Shown: positions 12,651 through 25,342 of the stretch, piece by piece
How the letters are laid out: the number at the start of each line of letters is the position of its first letter
How positions within the stretch are numbered: position 1 is the first letter of the stretch
Position numbers and translations under genes: made by a program
Assembly (NCBI GenBank): GCA_951406725.2
Contig: OX597821.1
Coordinates: forward strand, 111,228,001 to 111,292,000
Length of the DNA stretch: 64,000 bases
Origin: Octopus vulgaris
Lineage: Eukaryota
Direction of reading: 5' to 3'
The notes under the pieces: model-generated
The model's input: the letters and a program-made list of their open reading frames with translations, nothing else
What the model was told of the DNA's origin: nothing
The model's database searches: none

Positions 12651-13164
12651 ATTTACTCTTTATTAAAATTAAAAATGACACTAAACCAGGCAGTTCAGTT
12701 GTCTCATATTCCAAGAAATTAAGAGCAGGAATGCCTTGGTGAAAGTGATAAATCCAAACTATAAGGTCTCAATTCATTCTTAAAATGTTCTAGCAGATTT
12801 GAATGTGAATAATTTCCATCTATTATTTACTTGTTTCAGTCATTAGACTGTGGCACCACTTTGAAGAATTCGTAGTCAGATGAATTGACTCCAGTACTTA
12901 TTCTATTTTACAGAACTGCTAAGTTACAGGGACATAAACACGCTAACACTGGTTGTCTTGCAGTAATGGGGGACAGACAGACAGACACACATATATAAAT
13001 ATCCAATGGGTTTCTTTCTGTTTCTACTGACAAATTCACTCACAAGGATTTGGTATGCCTGAAGCTATAGAAGACGCTCGTCCAAACTGCCATGCAGTGG
13101 GATTGAACCTGGAACTGCATGGTTTAGAAGCAAGCTTCTTACCACACAGCCACATGTGCCTATA

Positions 13165-14320
13165 TGCTGATCACTAGTTTTCCATTTTTGGAAAACATAT
13201 CTTCCCTTTAGAAGATGTGTATTCATAAAACATGGCAGTGCACCAGTGTAGTGCAACTTTGAGACACTCTGGTGTTTTGACCTAATTGTATGTCGCCTCA
13301 GACAGTCACTCTGGACCAATGAAGCTAACAAGAGTGGTGGCTCTTATTTATAGGAATCAGCAAATGAATTAATTATTTGCTGATATCTGCTAAACAGATA
13401 ATTCTTGGGGTGCATGCAGAAGAGTAAGAATTTAATTTTTCATATGTTCGTTGCCAGCCTCGCCTGGCCCCCGTGCCGGTGGCACATAAAAAGCACCATC
13501 CGTTCGTCAGCTCTGTCTGGCACCTGTGTGGGTGGCACGTAAAAAGCACCCACTACACTCACGGAGTGGTTGGCGTTAGGAAGGGCATCCAGCTGTAGAA
13601 ACACTGCCAGATCTGACTAGGCCTGATGAAGCCTTCTGGCTTCACAGACCCCAGTTGAACCGTCCAACCCATGCTAGCATGGAAAGCGGACGCTAAACGA
13701 TGATGATGATGATGTTCTGGGAGATTCAATCTTTAATTTTCTGATCACCTTTGATTTTCCTCATCAGAGAACACTTCTTTCGAAAATATGTGTTCATAAC
13801 AGACACGATTCATTGACATGAGGGAACTTTGGGACAGTGGTGTTTTGACCTAATTGTATGTCTCCTCAAAGTCACTCTGGACCAATGAATGAAACAAGAG
13901 TACTGACTCTTATTTATAGGAAACAGCAAACGAATTATTTACTAAACAGATAATCCTCAAGAATTAAACATGCAGAAGAGTAAGGGTCTAAACAGTAACA
14001 TATCTAGAAGACACTTGCCCAAGGCGGGACTGAACCTGAAACCATGTAGTTTGGGAAGCAAACCTCTTAACCACACAACCATGTCTGCACATAAGTGTTC
14101 TGGCAGATTCAATCATGAATCTGCTGACTATCATTGATTTTCACCATCAGAGAACACTTCCCTTTAGAAAAGGTGTTCGTAACACCTGATTCACTGATAT
14201 AAGGAAACTTGAAACAGTGGTGTTTTGGCCTAATTGTATCTCATCAAAGTCACTCTTCTTTACAGAAATTAGTAGACAAATTATTTGCTGAAGTCTACCA
14301 AATAGATAATTCATGAAGCA
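13165..14320 (+). repeat. Three diverged copies of a ~250-bp unit separated by SINE insertions
   Basis: Shared blocks such as ggtgttttg(a/g)cctaattgtat...agtcactct at ~13271, ~13839 and ~14219. Confidence 0.75.
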
Positions 14321-14565
14321 CACACACATGAATCTAAATGATAACTATTCACTCTTAATGTGATCAAGCAAATTCAAACATTTTCCTAGAATAGCAAATG
14401 GTTACCTCTTTTCTTTTGTCACAGGAGAATATTTCTTCCCTTTGGGGTCATGTATGTCCCAAATCCAAGATAGGATGAACCTCATGTATGTTCTTAGCAG
14501 CCTCTCTAGTCACTCACTTCATTGACTGAACTGTTAATTTACTATCCGAGGGAACCAGCCTTTAA

Positions 14566-14783
14566 CCCTTTAGCATTCAGATTACTGTCAAATGTGAAGC
14601 CTGCTTAATTACATTATTTTAAATTAATTGTACAGCATCTTGTAACTCTGGGATATTGATGATGTCCCTGTTTATTTTTAGAATGACTTTGTAGGGTAGG
14701 TGTGAGAGGTCAGAGCTGGCTAGTTTGAGCATAAAACAATAAGACAATTTTGGCCTGATATGGACAGTTTAAACACTAAAGGG
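14566..14783. mobile_element. piggyBac-type MITE (CCCTTTAG subfamily)
   Basis: TTAA on both sides (14562-14565 and 14784-14787); TIR CCCTTTAG/CTAAAGGG. Relatives near 1490-1615, 8122-8742, 18912-19127, 29037-29260, 50241-50455 and 62837-62978. Confidence 0.8.
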
Positions 14784-15258
14784 TTAAATGGTACAAAAAA
14801 AAAAACCAAAAAAACCCCCAGACTTCTTTAATTGGTTACATCACCATTTAACGTCAGCTTTCCATGCTGGTATGAGTTGGACAGTTTGCACCAGGCTCTG
14901 GCAAGGTTTTTATGGCTGGATGCCCTTCCTAATGCCAGCCACTTCACTTTTTATCGGGTGTATTTTGTGTCACCAACACTACTTTGTAAATGGTACCACA
15001 GTTTATATGCACACACAGATATTTAGATCCTTCAAATAATACATCAGTGCAGCTTTGTTTTAAATTGTTTCACACCTCATCAATGATAGAAAGAGGATTC
15101 CTCTGAAAAGACATGCATCCAGGCTGGAGCAAACGTATTTATGAAAGACAGCTACACAAGTTAGATATACAGCCTGTGCTACCCACTAACAATTTGACAA
15201 TACAAAGAAATACATTTAGTTTATTGCAGCTTCATTTCAGATGAGGATGGCCTAAAAT

Positions 15259-15346
15259 CAGTGATTCTCAACCAATTTTTACCTCTGGACTCCCTTACGG
15301 TCATTTGATGTTGCAGAAATCTATGAATCCCTGTTGAGAAACACTG
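15259..15346. mobile_element. Short hAT/Charlie-like MITE
   Basis: CAGTGATTCTCAAC...GTTGAGAAACACTG TIRs with an imperfect ~8-bp flank duplication. Confidence 0.6.
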
Positions 15347-17445
15347 CCCTAAATGTAATGTTATCTTATTTACAAGTTCACCTTTCCATGCTTGCATAGG
15401 TTACATGGAATTTGAGGCAGATCTTTTTTCTATGGCCAGATGCTTTTCCTGTTGCCATCCGATACCTATTTCCAAGCAAGAATATTTCCCCATGGAGGGA
15501 CATGTTCCCACAGAAGATTGCAAAAGAAGGACTGCTTGCACGATAGTCACACTTGTTTATAACTGTGATATCAAAACACTAGAGGATGCATGTGTACACA
15601 CACCAGCCTTATTTCAGTTTCCGTCCACCAAATCCACCCACAAAGCTTTTGTTGGCCTGGAGTCATAAGGCGTAGGCACGAAGTGGGACTGAACAGGAGA
15701 CCACATGATTGGGGAGCAAACTTAATCACATGGCCATCCCCTCCAACTATTAATCCAAGTTTCTGCATTACGAAAAAATTCAAAACATCTGTTTTCCATG
15801 CCGGCAGGAGCCACACGAGGTTCCGTAGTCTGTTCTACTATGATTTCTACAGCTGGAAGCCCTTCCTAACACCAACCACTTTACAGAGTGCGCTGGGTAC
15901 TTATGTCACACCATTCTCAGTGCTGTGATACCAGCACTGGCAGGGTCACCATATCTTATGAGACAAAAAAAACCACTGACCGAGAAGTAGGGAGTATTAT
16001 TGAGATGTGGCCTTGTGCCAGTTGAGAGATTTAAGGTATCGAGGGGACAGATGTAGGTGTCTTGTTTTATAGCAGATACATGGATACCCCAGTAGCAGCA
16101 CTCTTCGGAATCTAATCTGGGGAGAAATATAGGCAAAGATAGGTTTTTTTTTGTGAAATACAAAAGAAATTACCATATAATAAAATTTAGAAAAAATATA
16201 TTTTTGCTGTTTTTAATGTTTAATTTTTTTTTTTTCCGACAAAATATTTATTGAATTTTCCAAGTGTACACACCATCTTACCATCAAGCTATTTCGAGCC
16301 AGTGAATTCCACTTACCATCCAAGGCTACATCTTCCTGTCACTAACCACAGAGATGACATGAAGTATTGTTAATAAGGCAGCCCATTTTCAGAAATTTTG
16401 GCATATGGGCATGCAAAGGAACCAAGAAGAAGGACAAAGAAAAAAAAAAAAAAAAATTGAGTGATACGGAAAGAAAAAAAAAAAAAAAGGAACAAAACAG
16501 AAAGGTGAGTTGTTAGTTGAAGAATATGAACTGCTGACTGCATAGTTCTGTATTGGATTGAAAGAGGACATTAACAAAAAAAATGTGGAAACAATCATGA
16601 AGAATGGAATAAAAAAAAAAACAAAAATTCTTCAGGTAATAGAAAAGAAAAACAAACAAAAAAACACAAATACACCTGTGTTCAAAACAAAAAAAGTTTC
16701 AAGGAAAGAATTTCTCTTTCTTTTCAATTGCTGCCAATATAATATTCCAAAACTATTTAAGTTAAATGATGTTGAGTGTGTGTATGTATAAAACATTTAT
16801 ATATATATATATATATGTATATATAAAATACTAACGTTTATTTCTTGCGTTACATTGTCCCTTTTGGAAAAAAGTATAGTGTGTGTGTGTGTGTGTGAAG
16901 GAGTCTAGTCTTGATGTTGAATGTTCCCAGTTGTTCGATCAATAGCACTGCCTGCCTACTAACTGTTTTATAATGGCTGAGTATACTACAGACACTTGTG
17001 CTCTTTACACAAACCTTTCAACAGAATCAGAGAGACAGAGTGTGCGAAGGCTGGCACATGGAACTACATGTTACAGTTCACCCTTAAAGGAGGTCACAGT
17101 TGGCACCTACCCTATTTTACACACAGACACACACTAGGGGCTGACCCATGGCTGGAGTCAAAGACACCTGCCTTAAGCATCTTAGTAGTGAGATTAAAAC
17201 CAAGGTATCAGAATTTGTGAAGAGAACTCTGACCTCCGGCCATGCTGCTGACACATGCACACAGAACCATGCAAATACTTACGTATCTACAGTAGAGATC
17301 AGCATTATTAACATTTTGCAGGCCAGTGAAATGATACTGCGACAATTAGGAGAGCGAGTCCCAGTTTAGCTTTTAAATATCTTTACATCATAAAACCAAA
17401 TTCGTAGTATATTGATTCAAGCATTATCTCACAATCTCATATGTT

Positions 17446-17478
<33 letters not shown>

Positions 17479-19240
17479 AAAAAAACTAAGTTAATTGCCA
17501 GAATTTAATTAAAAAAAAAAAAAACTTAAATAAATTAACTTATATTAAATCAAGCAGAATGTAAAATGAAAATAGATCTAAAAAAAAAAAAAAAAAAAAA
17601 AAATGATGTCACTGAATTAAATTTGCACTCAGTTATTTACTTATTTTACCTGAAGACTAATTAAGTGTTCAAAAAGTGGATTTGTGCAGATTAAAAAGTT
17701 TAAAAAAAAAAAATTATAATATCTATAGAAATATATAATAAAAATAAAGAGAAGCAGATTTCAAGCCACTGACAAGAGCCCCATGATAAAAAGTTTAAAA
17801 AAAAAAAAAAAAAAAATCAGTCTTTTACATCATAGAAACAATATCTGGACATACAACTTGACCATGGTTCCTGTTACCATATATTTTTGATTATATAAAG
17901 TAAAAAAAAAAAATTTAAAAAAAACCTTGTGTACTGTAGCAAAACCTCAGCTACCTCTTGATAATAATCATATTAAGAGATCAAAATTTTTAAATATTCT
18001 AAACTGAAACCGTTATTGCATATGTTTTGCTAAGTGCCGGCTTAATAGAAAAAAAAAAAAGAGAAAAATAAAAAAAAAAAAAAAAAAAAAGACTGCTTTC
18101 AGTTAAGTTACATGCTCATGAAGAAGATAGGTACCATGGTCAAGTACCACATCTACTCAACCACTGTGCCACAAGGATTATTATTATTATTATCATTATT
18201 AATAATAATCCTTTCTATAGGCACAAAGCCTGATATTTTGGGGAAAGGGGATTAGAGGATACTGATGTTCTGTCCACAGACTGGTACTTTATTTTATGGA
18301 CCCCTAATGGACGAAAGGCAAAGTTGAACTAGGCAAGATTTGAACTCAGAATGTAAAGAAATAAAAAAGAAAATACTGTAAGGCATTTTCTTCCAATGCT
18401 CCAATGCCAGCTCGCATTCCTAATAATAATAATGGTTTTAAATTTTGACAAAAGGCCAGCAATTTTGGGGAAGGTTGCAAGTCGATTTCATCGAACCCCA
18501 GTATGCAACTGGTACTTAGTTTATCAACCTTGAAAGGATAAAAGGTAAAAATCGACCTCGGTGGAATTCGAACCCTGGACATAAAGAGCCAAGTGAAATG
18601 CCACAAAGCATTTTGACATACTAATAGTTCTGCCAGCTCACCCCACAATAATAATAATAATAATAATAATTTCTAACACTAGCACAAAGCCACAAATTGT
18701 TGCAGATCTATAAATCAACCCCAGTGACTGAAGACTTATCAACTCTTGCAAAGATAGAAAATGGAAAAGTCAATGCCAGCAGAATTTGAACACAAAAATT
18801 TAACTCTAAACTACAAAAGATTTTGTCTGGTGCTGTACCAAGTCACCATTTTTTTTGATAATTACAATAGAAAAACTGAAAATAATATAAGCAGGTTTCT
18901 TTTTTTGCTTTTTAACCCTTTAGCATTCAAATTAGTCATATGTAATCATTTATTCACACCGTTTTAAATTAATCAAGCGTTATGTTGTAGCTTTAAGATT
19001 TTGATGTTGTGGTTGTTTATCTTCAGAGTAACATTGTATGGTAGGTGTGATAGGCCGGATCTGGCCAGCTCCAACATAAAACAGAATGCTTAGGGTGAAT
19101 ATGGTTAGTTTAAATGCCAAAGAGTTAAAAGCATAAACAAAGAAAAAAGTTTGTTAAACATTCTCTTAACAGGTATTTTGAATTAAAAACAAATATATTA
19201 AATAAAAAAAAACCGAGATTGAAAGAAGCTTATAACTGGC

Positions 19241-19277
<37 letters not shown>

Positions 19278-21217
19278 AAAATAAACGAGATAAGAATGAA
19301 AAATATGCATAAATTTTTCTATTTAAAGTTAATTGAAAATAAAAACAAGTTTAAATAGAGAATAAATATTAGGCGCCAAGACAAGATTTGAAATGTATAC
19401 AATTTAAAGAATAAGATGAAAATAGCATAAAACTTTCCCTTTTTGAGCAGAATTTAGGGCAGCAATTTTAGGGGCAAGGAGCAAGTTGATAATGTTGACC
19501 CCCAGTACTTATCGTTCCCTGAAAGGATGAAAGGCAAAGTTGACCTTAGTGGAATTTGAACTCATAATGTCAAGAGTTGGAAAAAAATACTGCTAAGCAA
19601 TTTGTCTGATTCTGCTAATGATTCGGTCAGCTTGTCTCCCCACTTCCCCCCAAAAAACAAAAAAAAAAACAAAAAAGTCAATCTTGGTAGAGTGCAGAAT
19701 CGGAACAAACATTGCTTTAATGATTCCACCGGAACATCAGAGTTCATAATAATAATAATAATCCTTTCTACTACAGGCACACAAGGCCTGAATTTTTTCA
19801 GGGGTGGTGGGCGCTAGTCAATTACTTTGACACCAGCATTCAACTGGAACTTTATTTTATCAACTCCGAAAGGATGAAAAGCAAAGTCGACCTCAGCGGA
19901 ATTTGAACTCAGAACATAAAGACAGACGACATCCTGCTAAGCATCCTGCCTGGCACAGTAACAATTCTGCAAGCTCACTGCCCAAATAATATTTTCAAGA
20001 GGGGTGCAGAAACAGAAATTTAATAGGAGGTTCCAATTCAACTAAAAGGGTGGTATGTGGGTGTGCAAGTGGGTCCCTTTAGCCAGATTAAAAATGATTG
20101 ACTTATAAGTTATCACAAATATCAGTTTTTTATTTTTGCGCCTTTTACCCATCATTTTCCTCATAGCATTGACAGGACAAAAAGAAAAAAATATATATAT
20201 ATAAACCAAAAAGAGCAAAAAATTTTTTTAAAGTGTGTGTGTGTGGGGGGGGATCGGTGAATAAATAACAACGTAATAAATATTTTTTTTTTTCTGTGAA
20301 TAATGGGAGAAAAAAAAAAATTTGCAAAATGCAATTTTTTTTTTTATTTGAAATGACAAGACATTTCTGTGTTTTATAAGGTTTGTTGTTTGTGTGTGTG
20401 TGTTTGTTGTTAGTTGTCACCGTTGGTTGTTGTTAGTCGACTAAACAGGAGGTGTCAGTAGCTTTGCTAGCGGAAATAATGTACTTGTAAGAAAACAGTA
20501 ATACATAATTAACTCTGGCAGCTCTAACGAAGTTAAATAAAAAAACGGGGCGTGGGGGCAGAAGATGGATGAGGGAATGGAGGAGGTGTCACAGACGGAA
20601 GGGGACCGAAAAAAAAAATAAAGAACCAAAACGAAAAAAAAAAAAAAAATCAAAGAAGGGCAATATTTCAATTAAGTTCTTTCACGATGAATGAAGTCAG
20701 TTGGGATTTCTGGTAGGAGAGAGAGAGAGAGACAAACAGAGTGACAGAGAATCAAACCGAGAATAAGAGAGAGAGAGAGAGAAAGAGAGATTGCTCTTTA
20801 CCATAAGTTATACGACATTGTGTGATGTGATCTTTTTTTTTCTTGCTCTAATAAATCCAATTGAGAAAGATGTCCCAGAGCACAGAATGGAAATTGTCTT
20901 TAAATATTAACAGTTTGCTGACTACAAAGAAAGCCTTTTAGATGGTAACACTAGAAATTGTAATAATAATAATAATAATAATAAAAAAGGTGGGGAGAGG
21001 GGACTAGAGACTGCCAATGTGAAGGTGTGTGTGTTAGTAGGTGAGCAGTGACATGTACCACCTATTAACAGCACTTTCAGGTTCTGCTTTTTTTTTTTTT
21101 TTTTTTTTTTAAATGTCATCATTGTGGCTTTAATTTTTGTGGTATCAAGCGCAGGCATAGTCACGTTGGCACACGAGCAGTAGGAAGAAGGTTGACTGAT
21201 CAACCGAAGGCCAACAC

Positions 21218-21297
21218 TCATACAGTGGTACTTCTGCAACCCTGGATAATTGGACGTGCATATTCCACAAAGTCATCGATAAGTACAGGCCAAGCAC
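21218..21297 (-). CDS. DCUN1D1: DCN1-like protein, exon 7 (terminal, includes stop)
   Basis: ttccag acceptor; encodes [26 protein letters not shown] then TGA. The seven exons total 783 nt (260 aa plus stop) with all phases consistent. The symbol denotes the DCUN1D1/2 orthology group. Confidence 0.96.
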
Positions 21298-21575
21298 CTG
21301 GAAGAGGAAAAGGAAAAAAAATACAGCAAAAGAACAGTCAAATATGAAATGCATAAAAAAGACAAAAAAAGAAAGAAGGAAAGTATGTATTACATTAGAA
21401 GACATTCATCCATCTATCTTCACCCACTATTCCTGAGGTCATGGATGGAGAGTCCTCCATTGGGTCCTATCAGAAGCAACTGTTACCATACCTACTGACC
21501 ATCTCCAGCCCAAATATTCTGTTTTACATTTAAACTGGCCAGATTTGGCCTCTTACATCTGGGACTGGAGGTATG

Positions 21576-22063
21576 TAAAAAGCACTATCCGAATTGTGGC
21601 CGATGCCAGCGCCGCCTCGACTGGCTTCCGTGTCGGTGGCACGTAAAAAGCACCATCCGAATCGTAGCCGAAGCCAGTGCCGCCTCGACTGTCTTCCATA
21701 AAATGCACCATCCGAATTGTGGCCGATGCCAGCGCCGCCTCGACTGGCTTCCGTGTCGGTGGCACGTAAAAAGCACCATCCGAATCGTAACCGAAGCCAG
21801 TGCCACCTCGACTGGCTTCCATAAAATGCACCAATCCGACCGTGGCCGATGCCAGCCTCGCCTGGCACCAGTGCAGGTGGCACGTAAAAAGCACCCACTA
21901 CACTTGCGGAGTGGTTGGCATTAGGAAGGGCATCCAGCTGTAGAAACGTTGCCAGACAAGACCGGAGCCTGGTGCAGCCTTCTGGCTTCCCAGATCCCAG
22001 GTCGAACCGTCCAACCCATGCTAGCATGGAAAGCGGACGTTAAACGATGATGATGATGATGAT
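21576..22063 (+). mobile_element. Young RTE-tail insertion with a 123-bp internal tandem repeat (DCN1 intron 6)
   Basis: CpGs intact; gaattgtggccgatgccagc at 21591 and 21714; (GAT)n tail. Confidence 0.8.
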
Positions 22064-22854
22064 CTGAAACAAAATCGACTGCTCTCACAAACGAGAATAC
22101 TAAAAATGAGCCCAACTGCTCTCGAAAATTAAGTAAAAAAAAAAACAAGAAAAATAATCCAGAATCCTTGTCCGGTACCAGATCAATTCCAAAATCTAAT
22201 CAATCCGTGCCAGTCACGAAGCCAAACATCCCTGAACGTTTCATCCAAATTGCCCCAGTGGTTTTTGAGATATCATGACCATGGATAAACAAACAAATGT
22301 AACTGAAAACAATACTTCTGTCTTCGCTAAGGCAGAGGTAATAAATAATTACATTTAACTGAGAAATCTGAATGTTGAAGGATTAAACCGGGGGAGTTTG
22401 TTTCCAGTTTCCCCACTTAAAAGCATGTCCAGGACATTGGTTGGTCAGTAGACTGGGAGATTATTAACTCACTTGAAAACAAAAGAGGGGTTGACCACAA
22501 GAAAGGGCATCCAACCATAGAAAAGTTCAGCTTCAATATACTCCCATCGGACCAATGCATGAACGGAAAAGTAACAGCCATTTTTTATGCTGGCATGGGT
22601 TGGATGGTTTGACAAGAGCTGGCAAGATTAGAAACCCTTGTCTGTTTTGGTATGGCTTCCACATACTGGAGGCCCTCTTAATGCCAACCACTTTACAGTG
22701 TGTACTGGGTGCTTTTCACATAGCACCAGCGCTTTCTGCATGGCACCAGCACTTTCCATGTGTTACCAGTGCTCTGTACGGCACCAGCATGTTTTGGGGA
22801 TGAAATGTGGGTGGATGAGGGAGGTTATGATGCTGATAAAATAATACAACCTAC

Positions 22855-22951
22855 CTTCTTCATCATAGTTACTCATATCATCATTAATCATATTACAGAA
22901 ATCTAATAAGAGGTTCCATGTGTCTTTTGGTATAGATCGTTTATGATGTTC
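22855..22951 (-). CDS. DCUN1D1: DCN1-like protein, exon 6
   Basis: ttccag acceptor and G|gtaggt donor; 97 nt. Encodes [32 protein letters not shown]. Confidence 0.96.
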
Positions 22952-24433
22952 CTGGAAGGAGAAAAGCTTACATTTTGGTTATCAAATGGATAATAAGTAA
23001 ATACAAGTGGCACTAAGTGCCAAAAATATTAAAACTGTTCCCCTGTTCAATATAAATTCTTTCGAGTATGGTCGTTGCCAGTACTGCCTGACTGGCCCTT
23101 GTGCCGGTGGAATATTAAAGCACCCACTACACTCATTTTGTTACCATATTTCTCTTAGAATACAGTTTTTTGATTCAATTATTTTTGGAAAACAAAGGAC
23201 CAATTCTAGGTCAGCTCTGATCAAGCAGATCCATAATCCTAAGTGCTACAACCTTAACCATTCCATCTTAATTTTAGACAAAGTGGAAGCAAAACTATAT
23301 GTCCTTCATGTTTCCAAGATAAGTGTTATTTAGTTGTAATTTCTAGCAGATCAAGCATAGTTAATTGGATGCCACTGAGAGAGCAAGAGAGAGAGAGAGA
23401 AAAATAGTGAGGAATATGGGAGGGTAAGGCCACAACATGAAGTAGATGCTGGTAGGAAACAACAACAACAGAAATGGGGAGATAATCAACGAAAATGCTG
23501 GGAAATTTGAAAAATGAGAGAGAGAGAGAGAGAGAAAGGGGGGAAAAAGTAAAACTAAGAGAAGACAACAAGGAGATGATCAATAAGAACACTGACTAAT
23601 TTGGAAGAAAAAAGAATTAAGATGAGGAGAGGATGAGAAAAAATAAGTGGCCATGAACCTGCAAACCAATTAAATGGAGGGAGATTGGCTGGAAGAGTAT
23701 GTGGAATTCATTAACGATTGTAGGTGAGAAGTACTTGGAGTAAAGAGGAGCTGTTGTGTCTGTGCTTGCATGTATAGGATGAACCAGGGCAACTGCATGC
23801 TGGGAGGTGGTCCAAAGAATGGACCGGGGAATTAAAATGCCATATCATAGGTTTGGGGGGAGGTTCGAATGTTATTGTGCATGGGGGGTTTGAGAAAGTA
23901 ATTACTTAGATATTAACTGGATTCACTCCAGTATGAAGCATTCTGTAATGTAAGATTATCTGACTGGGTTGGCATGCTGGAAGGCTACACCAGCCTCCAG
24001 TCTGGCTTGGCATCGTTTTCTACTGCTGGATGCCCTTCCTAATGCCAACCACTCTGAGAGTGTAATGGACGCGATTACGTGCCACCAGGGTGTTTTTATG
24101 TGCCAATTTGCGAGACACCAGTATCTGTCACAACTGGTTAAGGGAGGAGCAATCAATGGGGTCAGTAATTCGGAATGAATGTGCTGTTGGAGATGAACAG
24201 ACGTGGCATATAGAGTGAGAGCAATTGGAGGAGCTGCCTGTTAAGTTATTGAAGCTGAAGGGGAGCTTCTGATTAAGAGGTCACACAAAGAGAGGAGGGG
24301 TAGTTTGAGAGGGTGAGCCAGCAGAGGAGAGGTGACTAAAAAGAGGAACTCTGCCATACATGTGAGGGAATTGCTTGAAGGAATACTTTAAAGCCTGAAA
24401 GTATAGAGGGGAAAAAAACGTAAAACCACTCAC

Positions 24434-24516
24434 TTGTAAAAATTTGCACCACAAGTCTAAAAACTTGAATTTGTCAGCTAAAACAATATTCCAATAAGCC
24501 AATGCCATGTCAAGAT
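24434..24516 (-). CDS. DCUN1D1: DCN1-like protein, exon 5
   Basis: ttctag acceptor and gtgagt donor; 83 nt. Encodes DLDMALAYWNIVLADKFKFLDLWCKFLQ. Confidence 0.96.
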
Positions 24517-24647
24517 CTAGAAAAATAAAAACAGAATATTCAATAGCATATATATATATATATATCTTTGCATTAATATAGCATTTTTATTGGATTTAAG
24601 GATACATACCCATTAAGTTACAAGCAGGAATCAATAAACTTCATCAC

Positions 24648-25342
24648 ATGAAGTACATTATTTACATCTGATGGATATCTGTCCTCATCTTGTTTGTAGT
24701 TAACATGTTTCGGCTGATATACCTATTTCTTTACTACCCACACGGGGCTAAAAACAAAGGGGATAAACAAGGACAGACAAACGGATTAAGTTGATTACAT
24801 CGATCCCAGTGCGTAACTGGTATTTAATTTATCGACCCCGAAAGGATGAAAGGCAAAGTCGACCTCGGCGGAATTTGAACCCAGAACGTAACGGCAGACG
24901 AAATACGGCTCTGTATTTTGCCTGGCATGCTAACGTTTCTGCCAGCTCGTCGCCTTATATACCCTCGAGCCTTCATCAGGTGTCTTAGGGGAAATTTCGA
25001 ACTTGGGTTCTCATTCCTAAGGTATTTTTTGATATTATTATTCAGGTCACTGCCTGGAATCGAACTCGGAATCTCAACTCTTAACCACTAGGCTGTACAC
25101 CCATGGGAATATGGCGTAGTGGTTAAGAGCGTGGGCTACTAACCCCAAGATTCTGAGTTCGATTCTAGGCAGTGACCTGAATAATAATAATAACATCGAA
25201 AAATACCTTAAGAATGAGAACCCAGGTTCGAAATTTCCCCAGGACACCTGATGAAGGCTAGAGGATGTATCAGCCAAAACATTATGTTAACAACAAACAA
25301 GATGGGGACAAATATCTGTCAAATGTAAATAATGTACTTCAT
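24648..25342. mobile_element. Palindromic element: two divergent tRNA-like heads, each followed by a minimal hammerhead-like motif
   Basis: Symmetry axis CCCA|TGGG (25100-25107); A box 25112-25122 and B box 25155-25165; CTGATGA at 25248-25254 (+) and 24979-24973 (-). The left arm is split by a SINE. Confidence 0.75.
24724..24956 (-). mobile_element. SINE family A copy inserted into the left arm of the palindrome
   Basis: Full head-to-tail copy flanked by ATATACC at 24717-24723 and 24957-24963. Confidence 0.85.

Noticed and set aside
13620-13645. CCTGATGAAG in an RTE tail
   Set aside because: It is a point variant of the repeat (normally cctggtgcag), with no hammerhead stems.
21190-21217. 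Stop-codon readthrough of DCN1
   Set aside because: The context is TGA-G and a second in-frame TGA follows after five codons.
21576-21900. Regularly spaced ggcacgtaaaaagcacc repeats resembling a CRISPR array
   Set aside because: The spacers are themselves repeated, the context is a eukaryotic retroelement tail, and there are no cas genes.
21530-22027. 165-aa ORF and the many MLAWVG.../LQLDALPNANH ORFs
   Set aside because: These are recurring frames of the non-coding RTE-tail repeat, not host genes.
25104-25180. tRNA gene
   Set aside because: A and B boxes are present but no complete acceptor stem or cloverleaf is evident; it is the head of a repeat element.
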